A DNA stretch of 40,222 nucleotides. It comes from Trichomonas gallinae (taxonomy: Eukaryota). How positions within the stretch are numbered: the first letter of the stretch is position 1; every line of letters begins with the position of its first letter. A model generated the notes under the pieces. That model was not told the origin of the DNA and ran no database searches. It worked only from the letters and a program-made list of their open reading frames with translations. Below, one piece after another: positions 9,948-17,985 of the stretch. A program made the translations under genes and the position numbers. The stretch covers positions 1-40,222 of the forward strand of contig MRSU01007641.1 in assembly GCA_008369845.1 (NCBI GenBank), written 5' to 3'.

Positions 9948-10973
9948 ATGCTTTCATCAATGAATTTAATTTTATTTTTAAACCGAAATGAAACTCCGGC
10001 TGATGTATGGGAGGTGTTTTATGGCTTCCCTGTTCCAAGCTTATCTTGCGTCGGAAAAAACAGCGAATGCGATTTAACTACAAAAGTTGATCAAATATAT
10101 ATCTACGAAAGCCAATTTGAAGATGATACCGATGGAAGTGTTATTATTGATAAAAATGATATTAAATTCATGCATTCCGCGTGTTTTTTCGAAAATTGTA
10201 CTCGAACTAATTACGGAGGAGTTATTTTCTTTTCAAGTAATGGACCCATCATTCAACGCCGATTCTGTGCAGTCCGTGAATACTCAACCCAATACCAAAT
10301 GCTTGGATCTTACTCATATACTGCGTTGTCTTATGGAACTACAAATGATAACTTAATCCTTGAAGGCACTGTTAGTCGTTGTGTCGATGATAATTGCTGT
10401 GCTGTAATTTTCATGACACATGGAAATGTTGGGATTTCTCATTCGAATATTTCAAATAACGATATTTCATCATGCCCTGGATACAATATAAATGATGTCA
10501 AAGAAGCATTTGTAAATTATTCAACATTGGAAAATAACCATGCAAAAGAATCTGTGTGTTTTACTCATTACCTAGCACAAACTTTTTATGAATGTTGCAA
10601 CTTTATAAAAAACACCCAGGAAATAGCAGAATCTGGAATTTTTAATACAATATATTACAATATAACAATTAAAAACACCACTTTCCATAAAAATAACAAG
10701 AATGGAAAAACATTTAGCTCTTATGCAGGCATTGGGAGTATAACTTTGATCGATTGCAACATTGATTCATATAGTACAAGCTCTGCAAGTTTGTATACAT
10801 TTGGTAACACACTGACAGATAGCTACAGCATCCTCAGTCACTTATCGACATATAATTGCGTCGCAGTTCATCGACTTCATTTCACACCAATTATCAATCG
10901 AAAAGAACCTACAATCGATATACAAGGGCTATCGTTTTATTTCATCTTTTTCAACAATTTAACTTGTGATTAA
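9948..10973 (+). CDS. Hypothetical N/S/C-rich protein, probable right-handed beta-helix (Pmp-like GG[AV]I/FxxN motifs), trichomonad multigene family
   Basis: FENCTRTNYGGVIFF, SNISNN, CNFIKN, TTFHKN repeats; WEVFYG near the N-terminus; HLSTYNC near the C-terminus; stop reads TAAA. The start could be ATG 9948 or 9960. Confidence 0.75.
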   Translation: MLSSMNLILFLNRNETPADVWEVFYGFPVPSLSCVGKNSECDLTTKVDQIYIYESQFEDDTDGSVIIDKNDIKFMHSACFFENCTRTNYGGVIFFSSNGPIIQRRFCAVREYSTQYQMLGSYSYTALSYGTTNDNLILEGTVSRCVDDNCCAVIFMTHGNVGISHSNISNNDISSCPGYNINDVKEAFVNYSTLENNHAKESVCFTHYLAQTFYECCNFIKNTQEIAESGIFNTIYYNITIKNTTFHKNNKNGKTFSSYAGIGSITLIDCNIDSYSTSSASLYTFGNTLTDSYSILSHLSTYNCVAVHRLHFTPIINRKEPTIDIQGLSFYFIFFNNLTCD

Positions 10974-11020
10974 AATAATATGTAGCAAAATTTATTTTAC
11001 ACATTCATTATATAGTGATG

Positions 11021-11213
11021 CTATATGATTTCATTATGTATAGATGGTTTTACATCATTAATAAATGCTGCAGATACAAAAGAACTTCGTGCAATAGAAA
11101 CATTTTCGCTTCTTACAAATATCTCTGAATTTCGATATATATTTGTCATACTGACCATTGGCACCATAGAACTCCTCCCATGATGCCTTCAGATGTTTTT
11201 ATCACATAATCAT
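11021..11213 (-). pseudogene. Decayed 5' fragment probably paralogous to the 9948 gene
   Basis: Minus strand reads MIM**KHLKASWEEFYGANGQYD, then in a shifted frame VRSENVSIARSSF. Compare WEVFYG...DQIYIYESQF in the 9948 protein. Confidence 0.45.
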
Positions 11214-11236
11214 TGTAAATTTCATTAAAATAAAAA

Positions 11237-11601
11237 AGAAGTGGTTGAAAATTGAATACTTTTCTAACGGACAAAATAAGGATAGACAATTTTTTTAATT
11301 TGAAAAGCTGTGGTTATATAAAGAATTCATTATCATTGTATTTAAGAAATTTAAAAGTATTTATATTGTATATCGAAAGGATTCATAAGAAAGAATAATG
11401 TAGGATTCTGGAATCGTGATTTATGAGGCTGATAATGAGTTTGAATGATTTTATTTTTTGATATTACAATTGATCTTCATGTTGTTTGTGTTTGCTTTTC
11501 CCAATGGACATGAAGAACGAAAGAGCATCATGAAATAGAAAGTATTATTACTAGAAGTGGTTGCAATTTGAATACTTTCTAACGTACAAAATAAGATTAG
11601 A
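11237..11601 (+). repeat. ~50-bp imperfect direct repeat pair
   Basis: agaagtggttgaaaattgaatacttttctaacggacaaaataaggataga (11237-11286) vs agaagtggttgcaatttgaatactttctaacgtacaaaataagattaga (11553-11601), about 44/50 identical. Confidence 0.9.
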
Positions 11602-11689
11602 AGTTTTATCTAAAATGCACTGTATTTGACTCTGAGTTATGGATAATTTTGTAGTATATTAAAGCTTTAACAATAAATCTAATCCTATG

Positions 11690-11715
11690 ATATATATATA
11701 TATATATATATATAT
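11690..11715. repeat. (AT)13 microsatellite
   Basis: Uninterrupted AT dinucleotide run. Confidence 0.95.
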
Positions 11716-11999
11716 TGATACCAGTAAGCACCTTAGGGTGAGAAGTATCAGATTTCAATCATTATTATGAATCATAACCATACATCAGATAATCTTAAAG
11801 ATAAATTCAAAAATAATTAAAATTATAAATTTGTTATGCAATTGCCAAAATCATTATATTGTTATATAACACTGTATTAATGCTCATATTGATAATTACA
11901 ACTAAAATTCTATAAACTATAAAATCATGAAAAATATTATCAATGATTTCATATGTAAATCAAGCATGAATTGGAATGATTTAGGATACACAAGATAGT

Positions 12000-12500
12000 T
12001 TATTGTTTGCGGAAATCGGCAAAGTTGGGGAAATTTGGATCGATTTGTGCTGCGAGTTGATCAGCAAATTTGATAGTGGATTTAAGAGCATCTGTTGTAC
12101 TCTTGACTTCATCGTCAAGCTGGCGGAATAAAGTTAAAATACGTGATAATCTAGAATTCAACTCGTCTTGCTTATGTGCAAGTTTGTCTGGTAACGCGAT
12201 ATATTCTTCTAACTGTTTCTTTATGCACATAGCGATTTGTTTTTCGTTGTTATTAATTCTTGATGATATTTTATGGAGATAATCGACAACCATTTTATGA
12301 GAGTCTGGGAGAGTTCCTGCTCGAAGCGCAAAATCATTAGGAAACTGCCCCTGTCCTAACACTAATGGTTCTAATGGTGGAATCCCGTCGTATTCTTCTG
12401 TAAGCCATTTAGGCAATGGAACGGGAGCTTTATGCTCTGGATTTACTTGCTGAATTTGTTGTGGATTTGGTTGATTTGGTTTTGATTCATCTTGTCCCAT
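12000..12500 (-). CDS. N-myristoylated small helical protein, possibly BORCS5/myrlysin-like
   Basis: The track starts at GTG 12530, but ATG 12500 gives MGQDES (MGxxxS) and lies just downstream of Inr TCATTTTT (12516-12509). IPPLEPLV motif is followed by a long coiled coil. Stop reads TAAA. Confidence 0.8.
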   Translation of the reverse strand: MGQDESKPNQPNPQQIQQVNPEHKAPVPLPKWLTEEYDGIPPLEPLVLGQGQFPNDFALRAGTLPDSHKMVVDYLHKISSRINNNEKQIAMCIKKQLEEYIALPDKLAHKQDELNSRLSRILTLFRQLDDEVKSTTDALKSTIKFADQLAAQIDPNFPNFADFRKQ

Positions 12501-12524
12501 TTTATATAAAAAATGATTAAAATT

Positions 12525-12771
12525 TGCCACGTAAATTTTGATTTTCAGATTAAAATGGCATGTAAACTATTATTTTCAGAATAAAATGACGTGTAAATAT
12601 TTTATAAAAATTGTCATGTTAATTTTGATTTTCAGAATAAATTGACATGTAAATTGTCAAAAAAAATAATTGTCATGTAAATTTTATATTCAGAATATCA
12701 ATGACATATAACTTCATTTTTTGTCATGTAAAAGATTGAAAATTTCCTCATGTAGATATGATTTATATGTC
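12525..12771 (+). promoter_or_regulatory. Degenerate tandem array (mostly 25-31-bp units) of TGNCAYGTAAA in a divergent promoter
   Basis: Cores at 12525, 12556, 12587, 12612, 12643, 12671, 12702, 12722. Several units share ttttgattttcagaataaa. A reverse copy lies at 12762-12771. Confidence 0.75.
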
Positions 12772-12842
12772 AAAAATAATATGTAATGTTTTGAATTTGT
12801 CACTTTTCAAGGGCATTAAATTGTCACTTTTTAAAACAAGCA

Positions 12843-13214
12843 ATGAGCAAATATGATGCACATCTTCCTCAGATTATTGAGGTTGTAGCTGAAAACATCT
12901 CCAACTGCGGAAAAGCAGAAAATTTTGATAAGCTCTTCACAGAGGACGCAAGGATCACTTTCGAAACTGTAAAGAAAGAATCTCGCGACCATGTCGTTTC
13001 TCTTTTAAAGGAAAAACAAAGCATCAACACGCCAAAGGGTCCATTCGCTATCTCAAAATACTCTTTCGTTGTTATTGGAGGAAAAGAAATTCTAGTCAAC
13101 GGCATTGCTCAATGGGGCACTGATAAATACATCTTGACTATCCTCTTCCAGATCAAGGGAGAAGATGAATTACAGATTTCTAACATAATTTTCGCAAAGC
13201 CACCAGCATTATAA
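12843..13214 (+). CDS. NTF2-fold protein (NTF2/NXT1-like)
   Basis: 123 aa; LFTEDARITFE, EILVNG and C-terminal QISNIIF resemble NTF2-family motifs. Tandem GTCACTTT at 12799 and 12823. Stop reads TAAA. Confidence 0.75.
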   Translation: MSKYDAHLPQIIEVVAENISNCGKAENFDKLFTEDARITFETVKKESRDHVVSLLKEKQSINTPKGPFAISKYSFVVIGGKEILVNGIAQWGTDKYILTILFQIKGEDELQISNIIFAKPPAL

Positions 13215-13260
13215 AGTTGAGCTCAACTTGAATGCTTCAAGCGTAGGCTATTATGGCTAC
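13214..13260. other. Cluster of palindrome/hairpins immediately after the NTF2-like stop codon
   Basis: Perfect 16-bp palindrome aagttgagctcaactt (13214-13229); cttgaa-tgc-ttcaag (13227-13241); gtag..ctac stem (13243-13260). Confidence 0.6.
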
Positions 13261-13810
13261 TCGTTGCCATTGTCCTGTAAATATTCACTTAAAAGCAAAA
13301 TAAAGTCAATATTATTTTTAAATACAGAATCTATACTAAATCCATAACCACAAGAAACTACATCTCATACTTACTTATTACACGCTTAGTTAAATAACAA
13401 ATTTTATTTTCAAATTAAAATTATCAAACGACACAACATATCATAACTTTCGATATAGATATATTTACTCGCATAGTTGCATTGTGTCAGCTCATTTAAT
13501 TGAGATATAAATTATATCGAAAATAAATTGTTATTTTTGCGACATTCATGCATAATTAAACGTTATATGATGTTAGTTATATAAAAATCGCATGATTTTT
13601 AGAGGATATATAATCCTTGTTTAAAAAATTTGAAATCATCGAATTAAAATCCGATTATTTAGAAAAATAACAATAATTTTATGATTCATTATAATTAATT
13701 ATATTACTATACTAGCCAACTAAAATAATATATCTTTTGTATTAGATTTTATAGGAGTTATTTTTCTGAAAATTCACTTTTTATTATACGTGAAAAATTC
13801 AAAACTTTGA

Positions 13811-16800
13811 ATGAATTTACCAAAGCAGAAAAACAGGGCACACAGCTCAGTTAAGCCTGTTGTTCCGTCTGTTCCTGGTAATTCATATCAACAGCAGCAG
13901 AATTTAACAGCAAAACAATCTTTTAAACCTACAAAATCAAAATCTCCACGTGCAAAATCTAAAAAGAACAACAAATCTGGCACAGAAGAAGTCGAAAAGA
14001 AGATAACTGCCATAAAAATATTGATAAAAAGCATTGTCGACCAAATAGATACGTTAATACAAAAAAATCATTCGTATATTTTAACAGATACGAGCTTTTT
14101 AGCTAAAGCAAAAGGCATACTACCAACTTTCCAGCCTCTTTTCGATGAAATCATCTCAATATATCACAAATTTAATGCATGCGAATCACAAGATGACCTT
14201 TGTCGCATTAGTTTTACTACGCTTAAGCAAATCTCGCTACATGTTCTTCAAAAATGGAAAGAATTTAGTGCATTAGTAAACTTGATCAAAAACGATGGAT
14301 ATAAATCGCTAACTGAATACGTTGTAAAGCAGTTTGATAAGATTGAGAGGGATACTGTTGCTATTACAACGCGTCCTCGCAAGACATGCAGCAGAACTGG
14401 AGAACTTCTAAAAACTGGACAAAACATCATTGAATTGATGAATCACAATAAGAATGCTATTACAGCAATGCTAATAGATGGTGAAATTATGAAAAATGCG
14501 CCAGATCTCGAGGAAACACAAATAACGGATTTGAGAAACTTTATTCACATATATAATGATGTCGCTTTCCAGATGTTCTCATTTAGTGGCTACATGCAGA
14601 CAGAGTTGCAGGCCTTTAGAACTGATTTTAATCTATATTGCGGAGAAATTATTGGATCTATACATTGTGGCTTTTCTTTTGGGGATGACATGGGCTCAAT
14701 CATAAGAACATGTGACTCATTCCATGAGCAACTCACAGAAATGCTTCAAGACGTGAAAATGCCCGAAATTGTCATTCGAGAAGCTCAAGAAGCAAAAATA
14801 TTAGAAGAAAGCCTTCACAAGAACGACAATCCATCAATATTCCAAGAAATAGTCGACTTTGCTAATGATGATCTCATTTCCACTGATATAACGAAGAGCG
14901 CGAAATTTGATCTTTTCATTGATGATATTTCAAAGCAGCTTGGTGTAATAATTGAGTCCAATCCTGAGATAACAGTACGACTAAAGAAGTTAGAAGAGTT
15001 CTTCATGCAGAAATTAAAAGAAATTGCAGAAAAAGAAACAGAAATTGACTCTTATATCAAGAAAATACACGCGCAAAGTTACCAGATGCAGGAGTATATA
15101 CAAGAGCGCGCAGAATCAGACCAATTACACAAAGAAGAAATAGAAAGATTTAATAATAAAATTAATGACCTCAAAGAAGAAATAAAAGAACTAGAAAACA
15201 GTAAAAAGAAGCAGTTCGACACAATTACTCACCAGAAACAGATAATTTACCAACTGAGGCACAAAAACAATGACGAAACATGCCACGTTTTTTCGAAGCA
15301 ACTCGGAGATAAAATGTCGAATATTATGAAGGAAGTAAACGATATACACAACTTAGTCCCTGACGATGGTGAGCTACAGGACAAGAAGCGCATGGATGTA
15401 TTCGTTTTGGAGAAAAGGTCAAAAGAGACAAACGAATATGAAAACATGATTCGCGACGCAAAAAGAAAAATCAAGGCCACAATTGATTTACCGAAAAATC
15501 TTCCTCTGTCTAAAGCTGTTGATTATTTCATAGACGAATATAATTCACTGAAGAACTCGTTTAATTCTCTCACGGAAGAACACGCGCGAGTCATGGAGAC
15601 GAACAACAACTTGCAAGACAAAATTGACGGCCTTTTGCAGAAGATTAAACAGAAAATAAAAGAACTTGGAGGCGAATGCGATGATGATTCCCCTGACGGC
15701 GTCATCAACGCTTTATTGAGAACACTTGATCAGCTGAGGAAATCATACGAAGAGAAACTCAAAGAAGAAATCCAAATAGTGAAACAAAACATGAGAGACG
15801 AGTTCAAAGAATTGCTGGACTTGATGAGAGAAATTGTTCCTGATTCACCGAACGAAGACATGGAGAATATATTCTTGAGGAAGTTCAAAGTCATTCTCGC
15901 GAAATATAGGACAATAGACTACCAGCTTTCGAAGGCAAACGCGCTTCTTAAGCATGTCGAGAAATGGATGAACTCTAAAACAGACTTCGAGACAGAAGGA
16001 ATTCCGATAGAACAGAGCCTGAACATGATGATGAAAGCGATCGACGAAGCGCCAAATCCTCTGCAGCCGATTGTCGACGCTTTGCAAACTGAGCAGAAGC
16101 TAATTAAGTTTGCTTTGGTGACCGTCTACAAACGTCTTTCAGAAGAGAAGCCGCAGCAGAGTAAAAATAATCCAGAGGAAACAGATTTAGTCGAAATGTC
16201 AGCGATGATTCAAACGATGATAGACGAAGTCTGCAACGAAGCTCATGCCAGAGAATTCGTCATCAAGCAGCAGAAAGAGGCAATAAACAGCGGAAGAGCA
16301 ACACTGAGGAAAGTCGTTGAAGATCTCGCGAAAATCTTGATGCACAACGAAATTAAAGCCGAAAATCTTGAATATGAGCAATGCCTGACGAATTTGACGA
16401 TGCTCGTTTACGAAATTTGCTCGCCCGAAGGAAACAACTGCTTCATCGCAATTGAGACATTAAACCAGATGACATATGATGGGAGAAGATACATTGACCA
16501 GCAGCTGCCTCCTAAGCCTTCCAAATACATACCAGTGATGATGGAGCAATTCATCAAGCAAGCGAGAACTGTTTTGTCGATAGAGAGACTGAGGAGGCCG
16601 ATTAAAGAGCTGTATTCTCAGTTCGACTTCAACTATACAACATTCGACCCTCACACTACGGATTTTGTTGCTCTAAGAAACAAAGTCTTCCACCTGCATC
16701 AAGTTGTGCAGCAAACAATGACGAGTAACATCATCGAAAGCAATTCTTACGTCATTCGAGGATTACTCGCTTTGGCTTCACTCTTCTTGTCATCAGATGT

Positions 16801-16888
16801 CGCTTTAACCTTCAGTGATGACCCTGTCAAGTCAAGAGCTAAGTTTAGAGACGATCTAGAGCTTATCTCGACAAGATTATTACAATAA
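13811..16888 (+). CDS. Hypothetical 1025-aa helical/coiled-coil protein with basic low-complexity N-terminus
   Basis: Long uninterrupted ORF with central heptad-rich regions. Stop reads TAAA. Confidence 0.9.
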   Translation: MNLPKQKNRAHSSVKPVVPSVPGNSYQQQQNLTAKQSFKPTKSKSPRAKSKKNNKSGTEEVEKKITAIKILIKSIVDQIDTLIQKNHSYILTDTSFLAKAKGILPTFQPLFDEIISIYHKFNACESQDDLCRISFTTLKQISLHVLQKWKEFSALVNLIKNDGYKSLTEYVVKQFDKIERDTVAITTRPRKTCSRTGELLKTGQNIIELMNHNKNAITAMLIDGEIMKNAPDLEETQITDLRNFIHIYNDVAFQMFSFSGYMQTELQAFRTDFNLYCGEIIGSIHCGFSFGDDMGSIIRTCDSFHEQLTEMLQDVKMPEIVIREAQEAKILEESLHKNDNPSIFQEIVDFANDDLISTDITKSAKFDLFIDDISKQLGVIIESNPEITVRLKKLEEFFMQKLKEIAEKETEIDSYIKKIHAQSYQMQEYIQERAESDQLHKEEIERFNNKINDLKEEIKELENSKKKQFDTITHQKQIIYQLRHKNNDETCHVFSKQLGDKMSNIMKEVNDIHNLVPDDGELQDKKRMDVFVLEKRSKETNEYENMIRDAKRKIKATIDLPKNLPLSKAVDYFIDEYNSLKNSFNSLTEEHARVMETNNNLQDKIDGLLQKIKQKIKELGGECDDDSPDGVINALLRTLDQLRKSYEEKLKEEIQIVKQNMRDEFKELLDLMREIVPDSPNEDMENIFLRKFKVILAKYRTIDYQLSKANALLKHVEKWMNSKTDFETEGIPIEQSLNMMMKAIDEAPNPLQPIVDALQTEQKLIKFALVTVYKRLSEEKPQQSKNNPEETDLVEMSAMIQTMIDEVCNEAHAREFVIKQQKEAINSGRATLRKVVEDLAKILMHNEIKAENLEYEQCLTNLTMLVYEICSPEGNNCFIAIETLNQMTYDGRRYIDQQLPPKPSKYIPVMMEQFIKQARTVLSIERLRRPIKELYSQFDFNYTTFDPHTTDFVALRNKVFHLHQVVQQTMTSNIIESNSYVIRGLLALASLFLSSDVALTFSDDPVKSRAKFRDDLELISTRLLQ

Positions 16889-17153
16889 ATATGTTTGTAT
16901 TTTTCTTTTCATGAAATCTTAATATTAACATATATAAGAACCTAGTTCATAATGATTTTAACCTCTAATTAGTAAAAATTTTATTCAATTTTTCAATTTA
17001 ACAATGATTATTACTGCAAATGGTTTAAAATTACCATAAAGCTCTAAATATGGCAGGATATGAATAAATAAAATTTTATATTTCTATTTCTATAAAATAA
17101 TAAAACAAAGTAATTCAATAAAGTAAAATAAATATACTGTACTGAGGAAATGA

Positions 17154-17441
17154 TTACTTCTGGTCTGAGAAAGAGGCTGATGGTCCCTTAACTTTGCTTC
17201 TATCAGCTAAAACTGTTCCATAGCTTGTTCTTTTGATGCGATCTCTGTTTAACATCTTCTGTAGTTCCTCTTGCGCTTTGTTCTGTCTCTGTTTCTTAAT
17301 CTCATTAACATCAGTAACAATAACATTTGGAGGAAGCTTAACTTCTTCTTTCTTTTCCTCCTTCTTGGATGACTCCTTCATGAATTGATCGAGAAGGAAA
17401 TCTGGAAGTGGCGCTGATGGATCAAATTCCGATTTTTTCAT
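17154..17441 (-). CDS. Small charged hypothetical protein (~95 aa)
   Basis: The track starts at GTG 17456; first ATG is 17441 (MKKSEFDPSAPLPDFLL). Coding-like codon usage. AAAGTGAC at 17459-17452 upstream. Confidence 0.7.
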   Translation of the reverse strand: MKKSEFDPSAPLPDFLLDQFMKESSKKEEKKEEVKLPPNVIVTDVNEIKKQRQNKAQEELQKMLNRDRIKRTSYGTVLADRSKVKGPSASFSDQK

Positions 17442-17985
17442 TAAAATCTTTGTCACTTTTCACGATTTTGCTCTTTATATGTCAAATAAAATAATTTACA
17501 TGTCATTATATTTATCTCATTCGACATTTTTGCAATTAATGAAATTCAATGTTGCGTTTGGCATCAAGTGATGAAGTATATGTATAATTATTGTGAATCT
17601 GTGCAAAAAAGATTTTTATTCTCATGATTATAAAAATCAAAATATTTTTGTTGATAAGTTGTTCATTTTGTTTTTGCAACAAAGCAAATGAGTTTGAATT
17701 ATAATAACCTAGATATACAAGCATTAACAATAGGTCTATCATATGCTATCAGAGGGGTATATAAAAATAATGATATACTGACAACAAATATAAAGAGAGT
17801 AATCAGTGACGATAAAGAAATATAATCTCTTACCGGTTTTCTTCAAAACACGAGAGAGCTTCAACTTGCTTCAGGCGCCATCTCTGAGGCATGCACAGTT
17901 TCGGAGGCTCTTTCTAGGCTGCATGAATAATGTTGATGATGTTGAAAAGAAAATATATTTATTAATACAAAAATCAATAATAAGG

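Noticed and set aside
12525..12771. CRISPR-like array interpretation of the periodic repeats
   Set aside because: Units are degenerate, spacers are similar to each other and too short, the context is eukaryotic, and there are no cas genes.
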